A stretch of DNA of 64,000 nt from assembly GCA_045837725.1 (NCBI GenBank), contig JBEWZL010000076.1, forward strand, positions 1 to 64,000, in the 5' to 3' direction. This DNA is from Vermamoeba vermiformis. Its lineage: Eukaryota. Made by a program: the position numbers and the translations under genes. This document shows positions 34,778 to 47,277 of this stretch, one piece after another. Under the pieces are notes generated by a model, which saw only the letters and a list, made by a program, of their open reading frames with translations, had not been told where the DNA came from and made no database searches. The number at the start of each line of letters is the position of its first letter. Position 1 is the first letter of the stretch.

Positions 34778-35412
34778 TTAGTATTTGTTTCTTCGCGTGC
34801 TCTTACGTAATGGGGTGTTATTGTTGCTAGTAGGTGGCGTATTGTCAAGGTTATTCTCGCACTGTGGATCCTCTGAATAATCACGATCGTTTATGTTTGG
34901 ATCTGATGATATGTCGTCGTCCTCATCTTCGCTGGACGAATATAGCGCCCTCATTTTCTCTTCGGCTATCTTGCGTTGCATTTTGAGGTTATTGGTTTCA
35001 ATTTGCAATCGCTCCAGGGATCTAATAAGATCTGAGTCGTTTTGATTTTGCCCTTGTATGAGTTTTTCTGATAAGAAAAAATCAAAATCATTATTAGCAC
35101 AATTTAATCAAATATAATCTTACCTTGCGATAATAAAATGTCAATGAGACCGAAGACCGTTTTTAATTGCGGATTTGGTTGTAGAGCTGGTGCAGTGCTT
35201 GCGCCCAATTTATCTTGCTCTACAACGACTTCCTTAATTTTAGTTCTACAAATAGGGCACGTTCGCTTCCTACTCTTCAACCAGCCTTTGACACATTCAA
35301 AACAAAAGACATGGCCGCAGTTCTGCAGCACTACAGGGTCTTTAATTAATTCTCTTTCGCATAAGAATGCACAAGTAAGCTCTTGTCTCAGAGATTGATA
35401 TATGGTGTCCAT
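34778..35412 (-). CDS. RING-finger (C3HC4-like) protein, 2 exons
   Basis: ELTCAFLC...DPVVLQNCGHVFCFECV...CPICR, followed by a coiled coil and acidic tail. Confidence 0.85.
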
Positions 35413-35522
35413 GATAAAGCTAGCAAAAATCAAAGGAAATTATTCCAACGTTAAATTTCAACAGCTCCACCAAAAGACAAACTTATTTCAACTTTTAGCA
35501 TTCGCAGCTATTAATTTCAGCT

Positions 35523-38258
35523 AGTAAGTAATTAATAAAATGTAAGGAGCGTCGAGTAACGATTTAAAACAGTGGATGCGAAACAGTTTGAACTTTTGGA
35601 GAAGATTGGTGATGGAGCATTTAGCCGTGTATATAAAGCGTACGCACAATAATTATTAATATAATTATAAAAATATTGCATTTGAATTTGCGCTAGATTT
35701 TTTTGAAATTAAATTACGTGCCTCGAAATCTGGGACAAATGGGAATTAAATCAAATAATCCAATAATTAGCAAATTAACAGTATTATTAGAATAATAATA
35801 TATTGTTGTTTTATCAATACCCATTATTAACACTCCGAGTTAATTTTGCAAAAATTTCGTATACTAATACTCCTATAATTAGCAAACAAAAGGATACGGG
35901 GCAATTATGGGCTATTAAAATTATAGATCTTGAAGGCAATCCGAACTCGATAGATCCGATCCAGCAAGAAATCAACACTTTATCAAAATTTGACAGTCCT
36001 CTGTTTACAAAATACAAGTAAGACTCCCCAATTAAGCATATATTTAATTTAAATACTAATGCATATGATAAAGGGGTTCGTTACTAAACGGCACTCAATT
36101 ATGGATCGTGATCGAATACATGTCTGGCGGATCTGTTCTAGACTTGGTACGAACTCTTCATGTCGATTTATAGCGCTTATCTTACTTATATAACCTTTAC
36201 GTCTATTTTAGCTCCAATCAGGTCCGCTCGATGAAGGGCTCATTGCTTATTTTTTGCGCGAAGTTTGTCGAGCTTTGGAATCGTTGCACGGCAGTCAAGT
36301 GCTGCACCGCGACATTAAGGCAGCCAATATATTGCTATCTGAGAATGGTACGTTCATAATCATAGTGCCCAAAATATACCTAGTCCTGAGATCTAATAAT
36401 TTTTGGATGTACCTCAGGTGATGTAAAATTAGGTGATTTTGGTGTGTCAGGACAAGTCTCAGATTCCAGCAAACGATATTCATTAGTAGGCTCGCCTTAT
36501 TGGTACTCATACAGACCATTATACTACGCGTGTTGGTCCTCGTGTACTGACTTTGAAATTGACCAATAGGATGGCGCCAGAAGTTATTACGGGCAAAGAA
36601 TCGGGCTACAATGAACGAGCAGACATTTGGAGTTTGGGCATCACTGCGATTGAAATGGCCAAGGGCATGCCACCGCGCGTTGATCAACAGCCCGCTAAAG
36701 TCGTCATGACGATTGTTAATTCAGATCCGCCAAAACTTGAAGGAAATTTTTCAGTGAATTTCAAAAACTTTGTTTCGGCGTGCTTGAAAAAGGATCCTAA
36801 AGACGTAAGGACGACGTTGAAGTACTTTTCGAACATTTAAATTAACGGATGTTCATTCAGAGATCCACGGCTAAAGAGCTGTTGAATCATTTGTTCTTGA
36901 AGACTACACCGAACAAAATCACTTTCAAATCAGTGCTCGAAAGATACAGAAAATGGCGCGAGGCACATCCGTTGCAACGCGATTCATCACAAACTGAGTA
37001 CGTACATTACCCTCGCCAGATCTGTCTTACTTTATCAAATTTCGACCAAGTACTAACAACGTCTTATTAGTGTCTCCGAGAACTCAGAGAGCGAGTCCAT
37101 TGAATGGGACTTGGACACGATCAGACCTAAGACCACTGCAGGCAAAATGGCCTCGAACACGCAGACCACGGTCGAAACGAACAGCACGGGCACGATGCGC
37201 AGAACACTTGTGACACCTGTAAATACAAATACTCCGAATAGTGGAAGCGGCAACAACACACCCAATGGCTCGACATCGCCGACAGCTATTCGACCAGGGC
37301 CGGCGAAGAATTCACCCAAATTTGGTCATCGTCCGAGTGACGCGAGCAACACACCACCCGTACCGCCGCGCGAGACACCGACCATTGTCACACCTAGCAA
37401 CACTATCAAGGAAGAGTACGTGCCTAGTCCTCACTATATTACAACTGCAGGTTATTCATGCAATTTAATTCTGCAGGAAAAATGACGAGCCGGCCGAAGA
37501 AGACGACGGCAATAATTACGGCACGGTTGTCATTCGCGACCCTTCAACTACCACCAAGAAGAGCAAGACACCTTCGTAAGTGTTGCACAAGGCACTGCTA
37601 GCATATATATATAGCAGCCTCTTATTGTTTTGTTTGCAGTACTACACCGAGTGCCACGACGCCAAACAGACCGACACGAGATCCACATCGACCTTCACGA
37701 ACACCTAAGCGTAGCACAGGGTATGAAGCAGTGCATGGTGACTGACAGGGCGTTATCTCACATATTGTATTATTTAGAAGCCGTACTGAAAGTCAAGTCA
37801 CACCGCTGCACAATGTGCTCATTCCGGCCATTCAAGTACGTCCCTAAGTATTGCTTTAAAGTTGTGAATGCTAATCAGAATGATAGGACCTTGGTAGCAA
37901 TCCTTACTATGCGCAGGTGAAGGACTTATTGACCAACTTGGGCTCAGCGCTCACGCAGATCGAAAGCAAAACACCTGGATTCACGCAAGATCTGCTTGGA
38001 GCCATCACGCAACGAATTGATAAGTACGTTCCCTTAATACTGGGTGATATTAAGCCCTCGTGTAGTGATAAATGGGTCTCGTAATAACGTTGTTTGTACA
38101 GGGATCCTGGTCTCAAACAAACGCTCGGCGTGTCTGTCGGTGGTGGCAAAGAATCAGTACCTATTCCCAGCGAGTTTAGCGATGTTACCAAGATGTTGTT
38201 AACGCGGTGGAAATCAAAACTCGAGCGACAGAACGACGAGAAGTACTTTGTAGAATAA
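35523..38258 (+). CDS. STE20/GCK-III (MST3/MST4/STK25-like) Ser/Thr kinase, multi-exon
   Basis: [72 protein letters not shown]-terminal helical segment resembling the PDCD10-dimerisation region. Confidence 0.93.
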
Positions 38259-38461
38259 CTTTTTTGTACAAACCAAGCAAATTCTATTTTTGAAGCGTTA
38301 ATGTCACCTGTATTATAACTTTATTGGGGAATTGAGTTTTGAGCGAGAATTCGCACACGCTCAGCTTGGAATGTTCTTTTTACTTTTCCGGACAATTTTG
38401 ACCGTTCTTGCACTGGTACAATATTTTGCTTTATTAACCCTTCGAACACAATAGTACCAAC

Positions 38462-39096
38462 ATGCGTGCTGCTATTATCGTCCTCTTGGTAGCCATCTTG
38501 GCTTACGCATCTGCGACCTTCACAAACTGCTCGCCTCCCAGCTCTCCTATTACCTTTACTACAACTACCCTCCGTCCTGATCCACCTAAAATTGGCCAAG
38601 ATGCTGTCGTTGTTGTGAACGGTACTGTTTGTAAGTACATTGCAGATCAAAAAAAATTGTTACTCCATCCACTTTAAAAAATTCTTATTAATAATACCTG
38701 TTGACTAATTATCACAATACTAGCTAAACCATTGACTGGCGGCACCATCTACTTCACTCTTCAATATCAGCTCAACGGCCAATGGCAAAATCTGCCTGGC
38801 TTCCAGTTCGACTTCTGCACTGTTGTGAAATGCCCCTTCCCCGCTGGTCCATTTGGTCAATCGAAGACTGTTCCTGTCCCTTCTTTTACTATTCCTGTAC
38901 GTAGTACAATATCTTTTACTCAAAGTACTAGGCGCTCGAATATTCCGTACAAAAATTTAAATTAAATAATAATAATTATACGCTTAATTGCTCTAACCTT
39001 CTTTCATAGGGCAAGTACCGAGGCAAGCTTCTTGGTGTTGACGCCAACCAAAACCCAATTGCCTGCTTCCAATTCGAATACGACTTGGAGCCATAA
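38462..39096 (+). CDS. ML-domain (NPC2/PG-PI transfer protein-like) secreted lipid-binding protein, 3 exons
   Basis: Signal peptide, FTNC, PDPPKIGQ, DFC..VKCP..AG, IPGKY, IACFQF. Confidence 0.9.
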
Positions 39097-39258
39097 AATG
39101 GTATTAATGAGCCTCTTAATAAATTAATATTTCGGGCAGTAATTCTATTATTTTTGAATATTAGCATTTAAATTTAAAAGCGCAGTGGTTATTTACATTT
39201 GTACAAAGTTTTGTGAGTTTAGCCTAAAGGCCGAGGAACTATCAATTTCATATCGCTC

Positions 39259-40185
39259 TTAGTTGCGTTTTATGACGGACATCAGCATCTCGCGCACTGA
39301 ACGACCTTGTGGAGCAGAAGATCCAGATCGTTTGCCCGCTATATTGGCGACCACACCTCTAGTCCATTGTATAAGCTCTGCGTTGAGTCGCTGTGCAGGC
39401 AAGAATATTGCAAGTCTCTTGGGCACAACGGCAAAGTCGGTTGGTAACTCGTTGAATGGTCTTGCTTTGAAACAAAGAATGATGAACAGCGGGAACAGCG
39501 AGGAGTAGATCGCGTAGTTGGTGAAGAACGAGAAGAAGAAGCTCGATGCAGTGAAGGGCAAGCCATAACCCAAGAAGTAAGCCCAGTGCGTCTCCACGAT
39601 CTGACAGCGGTGGATCAAGCCCTTGCCCTCCGTATTCCACTTGAAGTCGAAGCAGTAGAAGGCGTATATCCAGCAGTAGTGGATGAACGAGAGGAGAGTG
39701 CCAACCCAAGGGAAGATAGGCAAGAACATGGCTATTACGACGAATATGCCCGTCAAACTGACCGTCATGATCTGCTCCGCGATGTACTCGAAGATCCATT
39801 CCAACGAGCGTGAGGGTGCTGCTTTGCTTGCAAACTGCGTCGATAGCTCGTTAGATGAGAGCGTGTTCAATAGCAGGCATATCACGAAGCAAGGCAGCTG
39901 CCATAGGAGGTAGAACAAGACGGTAAACAAATCCAGAATCCACGGGAATGTAACGTTGTCTGTCATCTTTGCAATGTGCGGAACCATGACGTGGAAGAAT
40001 AAGACGTTGGGAAGCATGAGTAGGAATACGTTTAGCACGATGTTCATGGCAATAAATTTTTGAAGCGACGGATTTCCTATGATGGTCCGTGCTAGATCGC
40101 CCCATTTGAGGGCATCAATAACGCCAGAAATTAATTGTGACGTTACTAATTTTAAATCCACGACTAGTCCTTGCATCTTTTCCAT
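39259..40185 (-). CDS. EI24: Etoposide-induced protein 2.4 (EI24) family membrane protein, intronless
   Basis: LWQLPCFVI, GTLLSFIHYCWIYAFYCFDFKW, VETHWAYFLGYGLP, YSSLFPLFII, RLAIF. Confidence 0.9.
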   Translation of the reverse strand: MEKMQGLVVDLKLVTSQLISGVIDALKWGDLARTIIGNPSLQKFIAMNIVLNVFLLMLPNVLFFHVMVPHIAKMTDNVTFPWILDLFTVLFYLLWQLPCFVICLLLNTLSSNELSTQFASKAAPSRSLEWIFEYIAEQIMTVSLTGIFVVIAMFLPIFPWVGTLLSFIHYCWIYAFYCFDFKWNTEGKGLIHRCQIVETHWAYFLGYGLPFTASSFFFSFFTNYAIYSSLFPLFIILCFKARPFNELPTDFAVVPKRLAIFLPAQRLNAELIQWTRGVVANIAGKRSGSSAPQGRSVREMLMSVIKRN

Positions 40186-40721
40186 CGTTGAATGAACTAC
40201 AGTATTATTACTAAAATTAAACGAACGTTAGCTTTGCGGATGTAGAAGCGAATTTTAAAATTCAAGGCCGTAACAATATTGATTCTGCCCTATAAATTTG
40301 GAATACAATATTATTATAATAATTTATATTAATATTCTTATGATTTAAATCATTGAAGATACTGACTTACATTACAAGATTCGTCATGGATAATACAGAT
40401 TCGAACGGCAATGATTAATGATTTTATCGATTCATAGACTACTTTAATGAAGTGGCAGTGGTATTGTAATGGCAAATTGAATTTTATGCTGACTGGCTGC
40501 GCAAATTCTTTGTTTTGCCACTCAAAAATAATTTTTGACGACCAAAACCGGGACCACAAACCTCTGTACGTCCCAAGCCAAATTTAGACCAAGAAATTTT
40601 ACTAGAACTTCGGTTTATTTCAATTTCAAATCAAGTCTCAAAGTAACAACGAAAGGTAAGCGATATATATTAAGATGTTGGATCCTTGAAAGCGCGTCCT
40701 AACCAGCTAAAGTAGGTCGAA

Positions 40722-41952
40722 ATGTCATCCGCCAAGTTAAAGATTAAGGAAGCTCTGAAGTCAAAGGTAGAACTACGACGGAAGACCGTTGGTCCAGAGC
40801 TCTCAATCTCAGGTCGAAAATCGAAAGACCGATCGGCGCACGTCATTGGCCAAGAGAACTTCAAGAGCGCCGGAGAATATTATGCTTTTCATGACAATAT
40901 CCTCAAGACGGTGTCCAAAAATTCCAAAAGGAAATCCTCGAAGCGCCAGAGCATTTCTCAACCTTTGAAGGTCAAATCCGAAATTGAGTCGGTTGCCGAA
41001 GCTGAAATAGTGCCCATAAAGGAGGAAACCGCCGCGCCTTCATCTCCTTGTGATCTCAAGCCAGCCATTGCCGCTCCTGAAGCTCCAGTCCCTCTTCAAG
41101 ACGTTGATCCGCAGCTGGAGATCAAGCCAGTAGACGAGTCTTCTGACCACGACGACTTCATTCCTATATCTCCTTCTATACTATCTATCGACGAGCATTT
41201 GTCACAGCTCATTGCCATTCAAACTTGCTTAGCTGCATTAGTCCGAAGACGACGCTCGATAAAGAGAAGCAAAGCCGCTCAACTCGCCGCCATCGCAAGA
41301 AAGAAAAAGAACAACGACAAAGCGTTGCGCGAAAAGGAGAAGGAGAAGGAGAAGTCGCCTGCCGTCCCAGCTGCTAAGTCGATCGAAATCCAAGAAACGA
41401 AGCCATCTGTTCATCAGTCGACGGATCCTAGCATTATAATGTCAATCAACTACGAAGAGCACATTAATGCTACTGACTTCAACGAAGACGATTTTGAATT
41501 TCCAACAGGTAAGAACAAAAATAGATCTCCGGTTAAAAGTACTTGCCAAACTGACCATTTCTGCAGAGGACGACTTCATGGCCTACAATGGTTCGCCCAA
41601 CGATCCCATGCCATTTTCAGACGCAGTGGACTTTACATCGTCTTCGGCTGCTGGTGACCAAATAAGGCAAATTTCAGATCCTAACCGGGAGATACTGGCG
41701 CAAGACGAGTTTTCCTGCGCTCCTTCCTTCTCATGCATCCAAAAGACAGACACCGTCCTGGATGAACTATCACTGGATGCTATTCTTGCGATCAAGCCGG
41801 ATGAGGAATGGAAAACGTTCAACGATGGGGACGCGTTTGAGGCTATGAACTCGACGGTAATGGACATGCATGGCGACGCCAATATGGAGGACGTTGACGG
41901 CTGGCTCAACTTGACGACCAACGAAGTTTTGCCGGAAGAACTGGTCGACTAA
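40722..41952 (+). CDS. Hypothetical protein (basic N-terminus, acidic C-terminus), intron 41509-41566
   Basis: Two long overlapping ORFs joined by a GTAAGA...CAG intron; no recognised domain. Confidence 0.7.
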
Positions 41953-42066
41953 TTAATTTTTGTTCTTTAAAGAAGTCGCGACTGTATTGTAATTAGCCGT
42001 TATAAAGATGTATAATATTTATTTTCGAAAGTTTGTATGGTATTAATACGTACCAGTACTTACTAT

Positions 42067-43346
42067 TTACAATTCGGTTTTCTGATCTTGCTTCTTGCTC
42101 ATTTCTTTCATGAGCCTCTGCTGCAGCGCCTCTTTTTGTTCGAAATGTTGCGTAAAATTGAACGGCTCAGACTTGACCACAATGCGCGTCATAGCAAGCT
42201 TTGATTCGAAGTAGTGTACTCCTTGCATGATCTGCGTTAATTCTCTGACCACAGGCAGATCTGTATTGAAGTTCTTTTCGCTCGAAGAGAATGTACTACC
42301 ATCCCACGTAAGCTCAGTTCGCGAAGGCAACGCAAATTTGCCCGTCTTGACGTTCCAATCATTTGACAATAAAGCAACTTGAACCACATCGCCGTCTTTC
42401 AATGTAATTGTTCCTATGAAGCTAATTAGGACAATTGCTCGAGCAAATGTTGTTTCAATAGCTTACCTTTACCAACATATCGACCTTCATCGAAGGTGCC
42501 TTCAACAGTGTCTAATTTCTTCTCGTTCACTCCCGTCAAATAAATCGCTCCACGGCCATGCATGAATCCGTCCTACAATTCTCAAAGCATTAGCTTTATT
42601 GTCCTATAGGGTCCTAATAACGATATAGACTTACCTTGAAGAATCCAACAAAAGTGGTTGCGTTCGAGAGTGCGGGGTAGTCGGTGAAAGTGCGCGGTTG
42701 TCGCAAGCTGAACTTGACTTGGCCTGCGCCCATCAATGTGTTGTCTTCCCACTCACCTACAAGACGATATTAACTACATTGTGCACCTCGTAAGAGATAC
42801 TAACCTGAGTATACAATGCCGTCGCTAAGTCGGTACTCGCCTTGTCCGTGACGCATGTCATTTTTCCATTCTCCGTCATAGCTATGGCCAGTTGCACTCA
42901 CGAACACGCCACGACCTTCATTGACAGGATATTGTTAGGAAAACAATGCATTTGACGTGGCAGTTGATTCTTACCGTGACGTTTGCCCTCGTGCCAATCA
43001 CCCTCGTATGTAGTATTAAATTTGACCAGCATATCATTTGTGAGTTTAAATTTGAGTGCCCATGTCCACATGCACGCACCTTTGCCTTCATGCACACGGC
43101 CAAGAGTCCCAGATTCGTCAATACAATCAACTTGATTGACGATGCTGCACAGAAAAATCGGTGAGTTCCGTATCGCTACAGTTCGATTGGAATACTGTAA
43201 TTTATAACCACGATTACAATTTTTAGAATTTTTGGTTGTTAACGCGGGTAGATCTGATCATCTTACCTGAACAGCACCAAACTTAAAGCTGCGGCAGCCA
43301 CAAGCACGAATAGGTTTAACTTGAGAATCGTTCGCCAAGGTACCAT
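42067..43346 (-). CDS. MORN-repeat protein with N-terminal hydrophobic anchor, multi-exon
   Basis: YEGDWHEGKRHG, YDGEWKNDMRHGQG, YSGEWEDN, FVGFFKDGFMHGRG and EGTFDEG repeats. Confidence 0.85.
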
Positions 43347-43532
43347 TATGTAAATTGGGCTTGTGTGCTTTTGATTTTGAAGGCCAAAAATAAAACTTGG
43401 CTAAGCAAAATACGAAGAAAAAAAAGCGCGGGATTATTCTCTTCGTGCCTGGCGATAACCACCACGAACCAATCCACTGACACTATCATGTATAATAGCT
43501 TTTAATAATATATATTTAAAATAACTGCAAGA

Positions 43533-46500
43533 ATGGAGGAGTGGTCAGTTCAGAGGAGAGTGAAAGTGTATCGGCTGAACGCAGAGGGTGGATGGGACGA
43601 TAACGGCACTGGTTTCGTCACTTTAAAACCTATAGATGTAATTATCGATCAACGATATGACGAGGAAAAGCTTGATTGGACAATTATTCATCAAAATTAA
43701 AATTAAATTGTTGCCTTTAGATCTGATCAGGCGGATCTTCGCTAATTGGCAAAAATGATATTAATATATTTTTATTGTAGAAACATGGATCAATGGGCAT
43801 TGTCGTTCAGTCAGAAGCTGGCGAAAATGCCGTCATCCTTGAATCAAAAATCTCAGCGGAGGATATTTATCAGCGACAACAAGGTAAGAATACGCATAAA
43901 ATATTATATTTAATTAACCGCAAAAATATTTTGTGCTTTATTGAGCTCAATTAAACTTCTTCGTCGGCAAACATTTTAGATCGCTCTCAAAACAAATAAC
44001 TAAACATGTCTTTTCCAGACACGCTTATTGTATGGAATGAACCCTCTGATGACGAAGACGGAATAGATCTGGCTATCAGTTTTCAAGAGCCCCAAGGCTG
44101 TACTGAAATATGGTAGGGTTATTTAACGCTACTCAATAATTGCGGATCATTAAGAAAAAAATTTGTAGGGAGCAATTAATGGAGATTCAAGCTAAGATGA
44201 GCAAGTCTGCATTTATTGGTATGTTGCAAAAAGAAACCTATCGACGTATTTGTTTTTAGCCCCGATCTAATTGTTCCATAATTCATATTAGATTTTGATG
44301 ACATTCTTGGTGCCCGATCACAAGGTATTAAGCTGTTTCGTCATTTTGTCATAATACAAATGCACCGGCCCTTATTTTAGCGGGAGAGCTATTTTTGAGG
44401 GCCAGGCTATTTTTGGCTTTTTCGCGCTTCCTACGCTATATCTCCGCTCTAATAATCATTTTTTAGATTTTTTGGAACTCGAAAGCTCGGCCAACAGCAT
44501 CGATTTGCCGCCACCAAACTTAAAACACTTGGATCAGATCGTCAAAATATTTCAAGATCCAACGTCTAATTCAGCCAAAGATCGCTTAGCTAATGCCGTA
44601 TTAAAAGAGGTAAATATTATTGAAAAATAACTAAAAAGAGATTTGGCCCATAAATATTAATTGCAGATTTTTCAATTAATTACCTAGTACCGATTACTAA
44701 CAAATGTACATTTATCGCATTAGAATTATGTAAAGAAAATGTTAGAATTATTCCACGATGTCGAGGATTTGGAAGACACTGAAGATCTGCACAAAATCTA
44801 CGAAGTATTCAAGAGCATGAGTAAGTGGACGTTCTATTCTATTAAAATTGCTTGAGCACGCTTATCATTGCAAAAATATTACCGAAGCCCCTAATGCGGT
44901 TAATTTGATCATCGATGTAACCACGCGCTCGTACGATTAAGCTAACAACGTTGACATTAATAGTGATGTTGAACAACAATCATTTGCTGGAGGTATTATT
45001 TAGTCCAGAATACGTGCTCGATGTTATGGGCGCTCTAGAATGTAAGTACTACGAATAGTGTTTGCGCTTATAATATCCGAACTCACGACTGCTCGTAGAT
45101 GACCCTGAGTTGAGGCGGAAAATGAACCATCGTGAATTTTTAACGAATATGGTCAAGTTCAAGCAGGTAAGACCGCGTTAATTAATTGAGGTGTTGCCGC
45201 GACAGTACTTAATTCGTTATTAACATTAGGTCGTTCCGTTCACCAACCCAACAATTATAGAAAAGATTCATCAAACATTCCGAATGCACTATGTCAAAGA
45301 CGTGGTGCTGCCGCGCACGTTGGATGAATACACATTTGCACAAATCAGTTCTTTGATTTACATGAACAACATTTACATCGTCTCGCACTTGATCGACGAC
45401 AGCGAATTTTTGAAACAACTGTAAGTCCCACTCGAATAGTGATAAATAATGATGTCCTCGATACTAACAACGGATTGAACAGGTTTTCTAAGATGAAGAA
45501 AGCGGAGACTAGCAACGAGGACTTTTTGGATCTGTTGCGATTCTTACAGGAGTTGTGCGATCTATCCAAGTCTCTTGATATGAAGGGCAAAATGTTGTTC
45601 TTTAAGTACGTCTAATGACATAACGGTATAATGTAGCGACACTAAATTAACTGTTTTTCAACAGCACGTTAACGAACAAAGGTATCTTTGAGGTACTTCA
45701 AAAAGCACTCACAAAAGAAGACGCCAAAACGCGTTCAATTGCCGTTGAAGTGATCTATTTCATCACAGAACACGACTCGTCATTGCTGCGCGCGTACATT
45801 TTGAACCAAGAGAGCAAAGAAATGTTCAAACTGCTGATCAAAGTGCTCACTCAAGACGCGGAGGCAGGACTCAAGAACATCGTGACTGATGTCATTCGAT
45901 TCTTGCTCGACACTGAGAACAAAGAGTTTGACCTGCGGAGCTTCAACGTAAGTACTTGCAGATAAGACCTCCTATCATGAACGCAGCTAACAATGGTGGA
46001 TGTCACAGAAACCAGCAGAAAATGCGGTGCAAAAGAACGACTTTGTCAATCTGTTCTACACTGGCTACGTCAAAACTATTTTCGAGCCTCTCGAGCGCGA
46101 AGTTCCCAAGAGTAAGCACCACGCTTCGTAAGGTATTAGTTCGAAACTAACGCTGTACATTTTTCAGCTTTGCACACCGAGGCAGAAGGCTTGACGAAGT
46201 ATAACCTGCTTGAGTTGTTGTCTTTTATCGCAGCAAAGCATGGCTACAGGTAAGAGAACACGAGACAAGCTACCAAACTTAATTCTAACGCGTGACTATT
46301 AGGTCGAAGTACTTCTTATTAAACAGCTTTATTATGGGCAAAGCACTCAACTTGCTGCGTTCCAAAGACAAGTACCTCGCACTCGGAGCTCTGCGCAGTC
46401 TGCGCGCACTTGTCGCGACTAAAGACAAGTTTTTGATCAAACACATCGTCAAAGAAGACTTGTTTAGACCTGTAGTCAAGTCCTTTGATGAGAACGGACC

Positions 46501-47090
46501 ACGCTACAATTTGATGAATTCAGCTATTGTGGAGCTGTTCGAATACATCCGACAGGTAAGCGGAACAATACAACGCAGTAACGTGATGGGGTACTAACGC
46601 AATGCCACAGGAAAATATTAAGCCATTGATTGCGTACTTTGTCGAAAACTTCTACAAACAGTTCGAAGGCGTCGATTATGTAAATACTTTTAAAAACTTG
46701 AAAATCAAATACGACCAAAACGAACACGTGGAAACACCTGCCCCCGACGCTGGCTCAAACAGATCTGCGCGAAGGAAGGTGAATGATGACGACGAAGAAG
46801 AAGAGGCCTATTTTGATCGCGAGGACGATGACGACGAGGAGGACAATAAGAGCGAGGCCAAAGAGTCCAAGACACCTCCACTAGTGTCGTACCCTGATGA
46901 CGAGAATGAGGCCAAGAACGGCGCTGCAAATGACGCGAAGGACGAGACCGCGCCTTCACCGTCACGCAAGAGAAAAGAGTTGGAAAGTGAAGAAGACAAC
47001 GACGACAGGCCACTCAAAAAATTGAAAACTTCGCCGGTGAATGGTGAGCACGAGGAAGGCACGAAAAATAACGACTCTGGCGGTGTTTAA
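43533..47090 (+). CDS. PPP4R3: Protein phosphatase 4 regulatory subunit 3 (SMEK/Psy2), multi-exon
   Basis: RRVKVYRLN..GWDDNGTG, YQRQQDTLIVW, DLAISFQEPQGCTEIW (EVH1-like); KIHQTFRMHYVKDVVL, RYNLMNSAIVELFEYIR. Confidence 0.95.
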
Positions 47091-47277
47091 TAGCAGCGTA
47101 ATAAATAATGAACTACAAATTGGTCAAAAAAACAACTAGTTCCAATAAGTGTAAGGCACTTTTATGTAATATGAAGCTCGAAAAAATTTGGCTTGAAAAA
47201 CGAGCTTCAAATTTGAAACTGCCATAATTACTTTTTTGTTTGTCGCTTGCACAACGTGGCAAATAACAATATAATTA

